Assembly: GCA_051294375.1 (NCBI GenBank)
Contig: CM119266.1
Location: 6,279,431-6,343,430 of the forward strand
Length of the DNA stretch: 64,000 nucleotides
DNA from: Paraspadella gotoi
Lineage: Eukaryota > Animalia > Chaetognatha
Reading direction: 5' to 3'
Made by a program: the position numbers and the translations under genes. Positions 1 through 13,000 of the stretch are shown one piece after another. Positions within the stretch are counted from its first letter, which is position 1. Every line of letters starts with the position of its first letter. The notes under the pieces were generated by a model. It saw nothing but the letters and a program-made list of their open reading frames with translations. It had not been told where the DNA came from and searched no databases.

Positions 1-137
1 CTGGCTACAACTTGATAAGAAACGATGGTAGCACGCGATCAAACACAAACTCATTGGTTCCCAAATAAAATTCGAAAGGACGAATAAGTAATAGTTTTGA
101 TTAATCGTTTTTAATTTGTTTGTAACTTTTGGCGGCG

Positions 138-664
138 ATGGCGGGGGCGGAATGCATGCATTGGGAGGCGCGGCGAAGACAACATTGGGTCTACGACGCC
201 AGAGCCTACCACACGCTGCATAGCAGGTCTAAATGTCCACTTTCTTAAATAAGGAAGACATGGAATTTTTTATTCAATACAAAAAGTATTAATTTTAAAG
301 TCAGCGAGATCATATTGAAACTTAATGTTCTTTCGTCCAGGCAAATCAACTCCAGCCAAGGTGGCGCTGGCGTCAACGATTTTCGGCCATTGACGGCGCC
401 GGGTGGATTCGGCGCGGATTCCGCGGCACCGCTCGACGCGATCCGGCGCGTGGGCAGCCCTGATTTAGGAGCCTTTAGGTAAAACGAATCTTTTCTTTTT
501 CGATGCCCTTTTCTTTTCTCATCTTCGTTAACATCCTTTTCTATCCAAAATTTCCTGGCAGCACCGGAGCGGATCCACCAGAGAGGCCGCACATAGAGAC
601 TCTCTATTACACTTCCAAAGTCCCCAACAGGTTTAATTCGACCTCGTATCAAGAGCAGTGGTAG
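138..664 (+). CDS. Putative small 3-exon gene, ~109 aa, unknown function (MAGAECMHWEARRRQHWVYD...TSYQEQW)
   Basis: Exons 138-226, 341-478, 562-664 join in frame (phase 2/2) across GT-AG introns; GC-rich exons with AT-rich introns; no recognised domain. Confidence 0.4.
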
Positions 665-1055
665 CATCTGCGCTCTGGCGGAATTGAGACAAACAAAAGA
701 CATAAGGACAACGGACACGCGCTGGAGGAGTCTGCCAGGCAGCAACTCATTCTTGCGTATTTTTCCCCTTTCACTTCCATTGCCGAATATGGAAGTAGAT
801 TAACCCTAGCTGTGACTAACTCGCTTTTTTAAAAACTTTTTGGATTGCCTATTTCACTTCTTCACGCTGTAGAAAATATATCAGTACGAGATATGATTAA
901 AAACGTAACTAAATATTGTTTTCTTTCTTCATCCAAAATCTAGAAAGTAATAAATATAAAATATAGTAGGAGAGACGAAAAAGAATTAATGTTTTTTATT
1001 CGAAGGATCTCTTTAACGGATTCGTCGTAGTTGTTGTTGTCGTCGTCTCCCTTCA

Positions 1056-4000
1056 TCATCTAATTCCCACGGAGGCCTTCAAAGAGGGAAAGTTCGATTC
1101 CAAATCTTGTCCCGCGGATTTGAGGATCGAGTTTAGGTTGTGACTCGCGACATGAGGGATGAAGTCGTTCGAAGCGCGGAGAACCTGGAAGAGGTCGTCA
1201 AGAAAAAGAGGGAAGGGCAAGGATTATTATTATTATTAAATTAATATCAATAATCTATTGAGGAAAGGGAGTGAAGAATAAAAATATAATACGAGAAGAG
1301 TTAACGAATCGTAAACAATTAATATTAATGCAAAAAGGTATAAAGGAACTAACTTGGCCGCAAGTAGGGCAAGACTTCAACCCAGTTTTGCCCAAGAATC
1401 CAGGCGGGATGTGTCGCTGAAGAGCGGCGTGGAGTTCCGTCTGCATCTCGATGTCGGGAAGCAACGCGATCAGTTCTGAGAAAATTCTAAAAAGGGGAAA
1501 TTTTAAATGACAAATATTAAATACTCGTTTAAATTTTATTCACATAAAACATTAAATCACATTAAATTTACCTGATGGTGGCTTCATGTCCGCTGGCGAC
1601 GTTGAAGATGGCCGACGCCTTCCGGAAATAGTCGGCGGCGTCGAGCGCGCCGGATCGAAAGGATGCCGAAAGGTCGATGAATTGCCGGCGCTGCGTCGGC
1701 GTCAAAGTTCGATCAACGTCGGCGAGGAGCCCCGCGTTACGTGACGCGAAATCAGGAGGTTCCGCGTAGCGATAACCTGAAATACAAGGAGAATGCATTA
1801 AGGCGGGCCAAAATAGAACACTTTTTATAACTTCTAGTTCTCTAAAAAAATTCTTTTTTCCTTTTATTACTAAATACAACTTTTTGAATTAGTTCAAATT
1901 TTAAAAATTATTTTCATTTTCATATTCTCTAACAGTCACTTAACTATTATTTATTTGAGAGAACTTCTAGTTTTCAACCTGTTCCGGCCTACTGAGCATG
2001 AAGAACGGGACTAATAGACATTTGGAACTCTGGCAAGTCTTTGATAACGACTAATGACAATAATGTGGTTCCCATCGCTACTAAATATTAAAAAAAAAAA
2101 TTTTTACATAAAAGTCTAACTCACTTTTCGCCCTAACGACGCCGTTTCCTTTCCTCCCTCCGACGTTGTTGTTGTAGCCCAACTCCTCCGCAACCGGCGC
2201 CGCGTTCTCCCACTCTTCGGCCAGCGCCTCCCACGAATCCGGCGTCAACGTCTCAAGCGCCGGCGCCGCCGCCGTCGACGATGATAAAAGTTCGCCTAGA
2301 GACTTCAACGACGCCGCGGAGTTCGACGACGCGGTGCCGAAACCTGGCGGCGTCTTTTTTGTCGCCGAGGCGAAGGATTCGAATCCGGGCGGCTTTCGCG
2401 GGCCTGAAGGCACGATGGCGGGGGCGGCGTTCTTGCCCGCCGACATGGCGGGGAAGGCGTCGGCAGAAAATCCCGGTGGCGGCGGTTTGGATGACGAGAT
2501 GGCGCCGGTTTTTGATTTAGCGGCGTTTGACGATGAGGACGAGTAATCTCGAGACGTGGACATCGAAGAGAGAAGCGACGCCAGCGTCAAACTTGCCGAA
2601 TCGACTTCCGGTTTCGTCGAAGTCATCGTCGAAAACGTCGCGGACGAAGACGTTGAGGGACGAGAGGCGCCGTCGGTGTTTGGCTCGACGATCTCCGAAA
2701 CTTCATCGGGATCCGAGTCTCCTCTGTCCTTGGAGATTTCCTTCTTATTTGTCTTTGTAGTCTCCGACTTCGAATCGAATCGATTAGGCGAATCGATTCT
2801 CGTACGGAACGTCGAGTCATCGAAAATATTGGCGACAACGATAGAATTTGGCGCTGCCGCTGCCACGCCCACTTTAGCTGAAGAAGCGGCGTCATTGTTG
2901 ATTTTTGACGGAGGATCTAATTTAGATTTGACCTTGACCGATGGTTCGCTCTTGGTATTGTTATTAAGTTTGGATTCTTGGTCGGTTTTAGACTTGGGGT
3001 TGTATTCAGCCTTAGATATTGAAGCTGATTCAGTTTTGGATTTAGGAGCAGAATCGCTTTTTGATTTTGGTGTAGAATCGCTCTTGGATTTTCCGGCAGA
3101 ATCTCCCTTGGATTTCGGAGTAGAATCGATATTAGATTTGGCCACAGAATCACTTTTGGATTTGGCCCCAGAATCGCTTTTCAATTTGGACACAGAATCG
3201 CTTTTAGATTTGGCCACAGAATCGCTTTTAGATTTGGCCACAGAATCGCTCTTGGATTTGGCCACAGAATCGCTCTTGGATTTGGCCACAGATTCGCTCT
3301 TGGATTTGGCCGCAGATTCGCTCTTGGATTTGGCCGCAGATTCGCTCTTGGATTTGGCCGCAGATTCGCTCTTGGATTTGGCCGCTGAATCTAAAGATTT
3401 GGGGTTGGCCTTTGACTTGGTTTTGCTTTCGGGTTGAGACCAAAAATTATCTTCGAAATTCTTAGTTATTGTTTTCGTCGGAGCGTGGAAAGAAGGGAAG
3501 TCGGGGAATTCAGAGAGGGAGTTGACGGAGATGTCTTTCACCTCTGCCGACGCTTTCGGACGGGTCGCCGACGTTGCCGACGCGACGGCTGGTGCCTGAT
3601 GAACAAACAAAAAGAATGAAACCCAATCGATTTTTTTTCTCTTCCAATTTAATCGAGAAAAAAATCAACAGAGGTTCGCAGCCGGTGAAATACGCGTGCT
3701 GGGATCGATTGGTAAAAACTAATGAGAGAGAGAGCTTTCATATACCGAATATTAAAATTTTAAAAAACCAACGAGCAATATCCCTAGCTGTTACGCTCAA
3801 CTGACATTTAAGTTTCTTTCTTCCTTTCACTCTTTCAAAAGACCTCAATTTCGTCTCTTTTTTTTAATCTTTATTTGAACTCTTGAACTAAAAATTAAAA
3901 AAAAATCCTGGCAGCCTGGTCCATTTTAAAAATTTCATTTTTATGTCGAGTTTGAAAACCGCAACGAGTCAATCGAAAATAAAACGAATCGTGGGAGAAA

Positions 4001-7000
4001 AATAAAAAAACAAGGAAACAAAAGCCTCATGACACAAATAAATAAATTTTAACTAAAAAGCAAAAAAAAAAAAAAAAAAAGACTTGGGTGAGAAACAAAT
4101 AAGCGTCCAGCATTTTTGAGCAAAAGATGACCTTTCAAATCGCAGACTTCAACTTAAAAAAAAAAGCTCCAAAAATAGGGCCTTGTCACAATTTTTCAAT
4201 TTTTATGACCCAACTAGAAAAGCCGGTGTACCGAGAAAGCCCCGCATAAAAGCCCCCTGGCGCTAGAAATATTGATTGACGCGGGGGGACGAAGATGGGG
4301 GATGAAGGGGGGGAGGCGCCAAAGGAAAAACGTTTCTAGACTCCACGTGACATTTCCCAGTCTTTTTTTCTTCCACAACGAAAATTCATTTTTAAGAGAA
4401 ACTCGGGTCCTTCCTATTCCTCAGGTTTTAACGCTGACTGAGCGCAAATAAAAGGGCGAAGCGAGAGAGAGAGAACGGAGGGAAAGAAAAAAAAAGAGAA
4501 AATCTACTACAACGGATCGAATTAATAAACAAAGCCAATGCTTTCTTTCTTCCTCCCTGTTGAAACAACAAGGAACTTGCGAGACTTTCTCGCGGCCCGT
4601 AGGACGAAACCGTAAACCACTTAAGCCAAGAAATGAGCTTATTCAAATTTTTTTTTATCCTTTTTTCACTTCTCGCAAATCAAGTTTTATTGCGGCCGGT
4701 CCGCGGATTGGACAGATATCGTATGTGACACGAAACGACTCGGCGAAACTCGAGCCGCGATTGGCGGACGACGAGATTTTTTTTCTGTCTTTGCCATTCT
4801 CGCGTACTGATTGGCTGCGATTAGAAGCGGAGTCACGCCATTGGTGGATAAACCGGGAAAAACGTGACTTTTCGCCGCGTCACGCGCATCATACGAAAGA
4901 AAGAGAACGACGTGATCTACTTCACGGTTAAAGCTCCTGGAAGAAAAAGGGGCTTTTCAAATCTGAAGGAGAAATAGGAACGCGACGAGGACTGTCGAGG
5001 ACCGGAAACTGCGAACCAATCTCGAACCACGCCCATCGTGATTTGGAACAGAGGGAGAGAAAGAGGACAAACCGCGTTCGCACAGTAGTGGAGAGAAGGA
5101 CAGAGAGNNNNNNNNNNAGAGAGAGAGAGAGTTACGGCACTGTTGCATGCGAGAGGAGCGAAACACGTGAGGGGAGGAGGAAGAGGGGGGCAGCGCGGCG
5201 GCTTGTTGCGTATAGAATTCCAGGGCGCCGTTGTTGTCGTCGTCGTCTCGCAAAAAGCGGCGTCCAACGAATGGAAAAGATGATGATATTCCAAAACCAC
5301 CTTTCTCTTCCCTTCGAGTATGAGAAGGAAAAAAACGGGGCTTCATGAGACGCGCCGGTTTTGTGCGACGTTTTTTTCTGAGGCAACGACCGTCCTGACA
5401 ATCGCCCAACGTTCGTGTTTCCATTTTTCTTTACGTCTTTCATCATTTTTGTATTTCAGCAGCGTTTTGAATATTTGGACTTAATTCTTCATATCTCGGT
5501 CGGTTTTTTACTTGATATTAACCAGATTGCTTGTCTCGTACGCACGTAAATCAAATTTTATCTTAAAAAACATTGTCGCAAAAACTAAATAGAAATTTTT
5601 TTCCTTTAAACAATAAAGTAAAATTTTTAAATAATATAAAATTAAAATAATTTTTCATATACTATTTTAATTTATTTCAAATTCAGTTGTCAAACTGCTT
5701 TCCGATAAACCCCGAGTAAATATCAATTTGCGGAATTAAATCACCTCCCCCGTTCTGGCTCTTATCTGGCCATTTCAATTCTTCGAAACCCTCACACCCT
5801 TTATTGGCGCTCTCTCACTTCTTCTCTTCTATCGCTTCTTTTCCGTCACAACTCGAAAGAACATTTTTTTTCCAAAAAATTTTTCACAACTTTAAAATAC
5901 CTTTGCTGAAGAGTGAAAAAAAAAACTGCATACCGAACGATACAAAATTCATTTTGAAATTAGTCAGTCGGTTCGGAACAAGTAAAAGAATACAATAAGC
6001 TTTCTTTAACATTTCCAAACTTGTAAACAATTTAACATGCCTTAAAATTCTATTTTAGAAGCATATTTTCGTTAAATTTTCTAAAGGGTGACAAGTAAAT
6101 TTTTTTCAGGTTAACATTTAATTGAGTAAAAATAATATAAATGCTATTCATTATATGTCAAGCCATTGGCGGGGAAACACATAAGTGTTTATCATTATTC
6201 GTTTATTTTTATTACTTGACTCGCGTTTCGTTTTACTTCAATGCGCGTTTCCCATCACAACACAATAATTCACAGCGCAGCGCGTTCCGCCACAGTTCAG
6301 AAATATCTCCCATCTTCGTCTCGCCTTTATTCGCGAGCAGTTGAAGTCGGAAATAAATCTTTCGCCACCCGTCCTCCCTCTCTCCCTTTTTCTTCTCACC
6401 TCTCCCCTATTCCTTTCCCCCCTTCTCCCTTTCCCGCGCGATCTAAGTGGATTTCGCTCTCTCCCTCCACTTGAAAGAGAAATAACGGGATGGTGGGAAA
6501 AGGACTCGCGGATCAAAATTTTTTTACACGATTCCATCTCGATCGCTTTCTCCAGCAAAACAACAAAACAAACACCCGCAGTCGATCTCCGATAGAGTTT
6601 CCTTCTTCACCACCACACCCTCTTTTGTCGAATTTGTTTTTGTCGTCGAATTTTAAATCTGTCAAAAAAATCGTGGAATCTGACATAAAAGTCTCTCTCT
6701 CTCTCTCCCGCGCGCGGAATCTTCCCCGGCTTCTCCCCTCATTGAATTACGGCCTCCCTCTTTTAATCTTTCATGTTCCAACATCAAATTAGGTAGAATA
6801 AATTATTCCTTCGTCTTGGAGAAGAAAAGCAAGAAGAACATGTGATCTCGCATAAGACGACTACCAATTGGATTCTTGCTCTCTGTTTTTTTTTCTTATT
6901 GGATTAACCCAAAAAGTCGCGGCCCTCGACTCCTAAGGAAGAAAAAAAGACAAAAGCGCTCTCTCCGCCGTTTGAAGTAAAAAAGCGCTCGATCTCTGGG

Positions 7001-10000
7001 AACAAAAGCGTGATGGCGCAAAAGATTTTGTCGCCGACCTCGACTTCATGCAAGACGCCGACGACGCCTACTTGTTCCCTGATGCTTCCGCCTCGGACCA
7101 ACGCAGTCTTGCTTCCCCTCAACGACCCGGAAGCGGAAGCGGCTTCCGACGCCAGCGCGCGGCTGCGGCATCCACTCTTCGTTTGTGGCATTTGTCTTAA
7201 ATATTTCCAGTCGACACCCAAGCTTCTCTCCTGTCTTCACACTTTTTGTGAAAGGTGATTTTGAATTGATGAAAAGATAAAAAAAAAAGCACGCGAAAAG
7301 AATACTTTTAATATTTGTACAAAGTACCCATTAGCTGGTATTCTCAAGTTGCGGCTTAAAATCTCTGCTAAGTCGAGTTGGTTGAAACCAAAATCCATTA
7401 ATCGATATTACCTTTTTTACAGATGTCTCAAATCTCATATGCCTACGAATTCGCTTTCAATATCGTGTCCTACCTGCAAAGCACAAGTGATTCTCCCTGA
7501 AAATGGCATCCAAGCTTTACAAACCAACCACTTCATACAAGCACTACAGAAAACTTTGCTAGGTTAGTAAAAAAGTATAGAGTATGCATTTTTACTCTCC
7601 TTATTTTCTCAATTGAAATTTTTTTAGAATATCCAATTAAGGGGCAGAAGAAGTTAAAAGAAATTTATCAGTATTTATTTAATGGAAAACTTTATATTCA
7701 CATGTAGTCTTTTATAACTAAAAATTGACTTTGACCAGGTTCAGATCTGGCGAAAAATGAGCCGGAATCAGAAATAGAACCGTACTGCAAGCAGTGCACA
7801 AAGAAACAGTTGGGTCTGTGGATCTGCACAGAATGTAACACGAAATTGTGCAATGACTGTAAAGCTTTTCACGAATCAGTAGAAGAGGAAAACCAAGAAA
7901 CAGGAGAAGCAAAAAATCACAACGTCAAGCCATGTACCGAAAGTAAATATTTTGTTTAAAATAATTAAAATTTCTAAAAATAATTACAATGAAATGTTTT
8001 TTTAAATCAGTCTCCCCTGAAACCAATCTTATATGTCCAAACCACGAAAACCGTCCATTGGAATTATTTTGTTTAACCTGTGAAACTGGAATATGTTACG
8101 TTTGTCAGGAAAGAGACCACTGTCATCACAAAATTATACCCATGACAGGTAAAATGAATAACATTTGAATCACTGATAGATAGATACACCGTTATATTAA
8201 ATTCGTTTCCTATCAGATGCGGTTAACAAGCAAAAGGAAAAACTGAAAAAATTGATTTCATCTTTACAAAATCGTCACATTCCTGCAGTTCGATCAAAAT
8301 TGGAAGATAGTTCATCTGAAGCAAACACTTTACTCAACAACTTAAAAACAACAGGCAATTTTTTTGGAAAAAAAGTAATTGTTTCACATTCATCCGTCTC
8401 ATTGTGTTGACACTTTACAGAAGATAAAATAGTCCATACATTTGAGGACGCGATAATTACCTCCAACGAACGCAAAAACAAACTATCTCAAGACGCACTG
8501 GATTCACATCCGAAAAAAGCGAGCATTTTAGGTAATACAAATAAATCCTTTATAATTTATCATATCAAAAAAGAACAGGACCCCATAACACATTGAGATT
8601 TTCTTTTCAGACGATCAAAAGAAAAATATAGAAGCCAAGCTTCTTAGGATACTAACGTGCCATGAGGCAGCCACGGTCATTAACACCGAGGAAAGCTCCC
8701 ACGAGCTGATGATCATGTGCAAAGAGCTCGGGGCGCTAATGTCCGATCTGGACGAGATCAAAGAGGGAATGATTCCATCGGGAGCGGAAAGAGATTGTCT
8801 CAGGTTCGACGAAGGAGATTATCTTAAAAAGATCAACAACAAACTGATCTACGGCGAATCGGGCGAACGGATTCTGACGCGAGAGGCTGACGGAGAACCG
8901 GACGTCTGCGCAGCCGGCGATGGACTTCGTCGCTGCGTTGTCGGAGACGAGACGACAGTAAGAAAAATATTAACTGTATTAATATATAAACGTCATAACG
9001 CTTACAATCGTTTAAACATCTTGAAACAGGTCAAGCTAATCGCTAACAAAAAATCAAAGGAAGACCAATCAAAAGACATAATTCTGGAAGGTTTTTTGAA
9101 ACACATATCAGCATCAGGTAGTTGATTTTATTGTGAATTTAATACATCTCCAGGTGATAATACGTTGAATAATAAGACCGCTAAAATACCAGGCTCGACA
9201 CGTGTCATTCAACAGTGTAAAATTAGCAAAACATCGAACGATATTTTTGAGCTGTTGTACACCGCCAAGGAGGCGGGATATCACATGCTCTCTATCAAAT
9301 TAAACGGTCACCAAATACAAGATTCGCCTTTCAAAGTTCGCGCACATCGGGCACCACTTCCCCCGGCAACCCCAAGCCCATTGCGTCAAAGAAGGCGAAA
9401 GGGGAGCGCGCCGAGTCCGCGCAGCATCCCGAGCCCCAGAAGCGCCTCAGCAAGGCGGCATCAGCGACACTCCGCGGGATCCGATTTCGCCGGAATTCCC
9501 GGAAGTAGCGCGTCCCAAATAAACATCGGGGAGGAAGAGGACGACCTTCTGTTCAAGTAAACGAAAGGGGGATTGAGGAATTTGAAGAAACAAAACCATT
9601 TTGGCCGTCTAAGTTATATTATTACTTATGTGCACAATAATAGCACATTATTTACTGTTCAAAATCAATGAGAATCTTACCAATTCAATTAAAAATACTT
9701 TACCAAATTTTTTACTAAAATTGACAGGATCGGTAACAAAGGGCGACACGGTTGCGAGTTTACTAATCCGCAGGGACTCTGCGCTTTGGAGAACGGTGGA
9801 ATCGCTATCGCTGACAGCAATAATTCGTCCATCCAAATATTTGACAGTGATGGAAAGCTCCAGACAATGTTTGGTATTAGAGGCAGAAAACCGGGAAACT
9901 TACAACGTCCAACAGGTAAACACTATTGGGATGGTGATGAATACATTACAACAGTCATTCTACTTCTTTCTTTTATTTCAGGAGTGGCTACTTCACCTTA

Positions 10001-13000
10001 CGACAGATCAATATTCGTCACTGACTACGAAAACAGATGGGTTTCGGTTCACGCTCCTCAAGAAAAAGGAGGAAGATTTCGGACGAGATTGGGCGTTGGG
10101 AGACTCTTGGGTCCGAAAGGAGTTGCAGTAGATGCTGCGGGTCAGCGTGTTGTGGTTGTGGATAACAAAGCCAGCAAGGTTTGTTACTTGCGTTTGTTTA
10201 ATTCATAATTAGAGTATCATGAGACCCTGCCTTTCTAAGGTTCAAATCTTCAATGCCGCGAATGGGAGGCTCATACACAAGTTTGGTTCCAGAGGAAATG
10301 GACCATATCAATTTGCAGGACCTCATTATGTGGCGCTGAACAGCGATAACGAAATCATAGTGTCTGATTTTCATAACCACTGCGTGAAGGCAAGTTGATT
10401 TAAACACGTTACGATTTTACGAGCAATGCTTTTACAACCATTTGAAGTCATTTTTAGGTTTATTCAGAAGATGGTGAATTTAAGTTTTCTTTCGGCAGTG
10501 AAGATTCTCATAAAGAAGAATCTAAAAATCCTCATTCCATTGTGATATCTGATAATACAGGTAAGTTCTATTTAATTGACGAAAATAACAGATCAAAAAG
10601 CCTTAATATAATGTAACAAACGGTATCAAAAACAGGCTCTGCTAGTCAGTCGCCAGAAATAACCAGGGGCCGTAGTGCGCATTCTGGTACCAGTCAAAGA
10701 TATCCGTCAGCTGGAAGCATTAGCGGTAAAATATTCATATAAATTTAATCTTAATAAAAAAGTATTTGTATTATTTATTTTTCTTTTCCCGCTGACGTTT
10801 CAGGAAGAACAAGGGCCGATACATTTTGCTCGCCCTCATCTTCTCCAGCAAAGAGAAGAAGCCATTGGACCCATCAAACATTCCACTCTACTAGCCTCGG
10901 GGAATCTTACACAGGTTTATTGAAACTCCATTTCATTTGTGTATTTATTTGTTCTTGTGATAAGCGGGGTTTAATTAATTAATTTGACAATTACGTCTCA
11001 ATCTGATTTAGAAGACGGGTCGGGCAAACCCCCTCGCCCGCGCAGCAGCTTGGCAACAGCGACGATGACCTCCTCATGGCCGAGTCCTTCTCTCTCCACG
11101 CGATCTCAGCAACGAGCGAGTCCGAGGACCGGCGCCTCCAGCGCCATGAGCGGATCTTTTTGGTCGTCAAGGTAATTCGTTTTCGTTTTAAGAAAACGAT
11201 CGATCGATCGATCTGTCCAATTTGGACTTCACCCCTTCCCTCGATCCAACACAGACCCTCCACCGAAGCCGCGCCTTCAATGACGTCGCTGGGATCGAAA
11301 CCATCCAAGGTTCGGCCAGGGTTTTTGGAATATCCTACCGGAGTGGCCGTCGACGATCAAGACAGAATCATCGTCGCCGATTGGCTCACGGATTCCGTGC
11401 AGGCGAGGACGGGGAAAGGGACAATTCTTTAAATTTTTACGTTACCTTACAATAATAATAATAACCTTCTCTTACAGATATTTTCCAAAACCGGAAACTA
11501 CTTGGCGAGATTAAGAACTTTTTCTGACCCGCTTTACGGGCCGCAAGTAAGGATCTCTCTCCCTCTCTTCTGTAAAAAAATGTTTTTTTAAACTAAAGGT
11601 TTGACCATACAATTTCTTTAACAGGGAATCGCGGTCACCTCCGACGGACATATTGTTGTTTCGGACAGCGGGAATCACTGTTACAAGGTGAGCGAACTTG
11701 TGTAAGTCAAATAACGATGGAATCATTTTTTCCTTTGCCTCATTCCATCTTAACAAGGTTTATAAATACGTTCATCACTTGGAAGTGGAAGAGGGCGCCT
11801 CAGTGGAAAAAGCGGAGAAGCAGAGTCAGGAACTCGACGCCGACGTCGATAAAACTGACGACAAAGACGGAAAAACGAATCTCTTGAAGACAGAGGAATA
11901 AAACAACGGGGGAAAACCCAATTATATCTAGTAGTTAATATGATATAAATTCAGTCGCAATTTAGATCCTAAATCTCTTTTGTAGCTTTGTTCGCTTGGA
12001 GGCGGCAATGGTTTTTTAATACTACTCCGTGATAAATAAGACAAGTCCGCAATCCGCATGCAACTTATAGGTCAACCAAATAATTTATATAGATCAACCC
12101 CAAACGGTCGAAGCAGTTTATTAAATTAAATGAAAAAGAAACAGTCCCCCCCGCTTAACGAAACGAAACAATTGTTAATCATTAAAACTAGTCAATCCTG
12201 TTTTTTTATTTAGAACAAAAACATTTTGAACAACAATTATAGTTTTTTGTTATATTACGATAATAATAATAAGAGTCAGTTTGCGAACAGCTAGGTCCGA
12301 GCAATGGATTTCTGTTCTCCTATTAAGTTACAACCGTAAAACGGTTCAGACTGACGATTAAATAAACCTTTATTTTCTGGGGTCAAAAAAGATCACAAGA
12401 GATCATAAAATGGAACCTCCTTCACAACGGGATCAAAATCGGGACACAGAAACGCTCGAGAACTCACCTTCTTGCCGAGATTTTGCGGTTTCGGCCAACT
12501 CTTTTCCTCGTCGAAATCCTCGTCGTCGAATCGATGAACCCGCGACGCCGAAGCCGCTTTGACGCCGTCGGATTTCGGCGCCGCGATGAGCGCCACTTTC
12601 GGCGAGGCTTTCGGCGCTTCCTTAGAACTGAGCGCGGGGAAGTCGGCCTTCAAGGAGAAGAGGGATTGAGGGGGGGATTAAAAGGAATATGTAAATAGAA
12701 AAATGAGGATTATGTAAATATAAAAATAAGGATTATGTAAATAGAAAAAGTAGTCAGCGAATTAGCCTGGACTGTGAACCCACCCTCCTCCGTCCGCATT
12801 TAATGTTACCTCAACTCGACCAGGAAACTTGGAGCCGTTGCCTTCCGCGGATCGATCCGGTTTCGAAACGGAATTGGTTTTCTGTTTTACAAAAATAATC
12901 GAGTCGAAGATCACGTGACTGACATCGTTTTCTATCAACCAATAACCATCGACGAAATGTCTCACCGACTGCGGTTTCGGTTGGGGTTTGACCCAAGTGG

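Noticed and set aside
2556-3437. 293-aa plus-strand ORF with ESLLDLAT repeats
   Set aside because: Antisense shadow of the ZNF598 repeat exon
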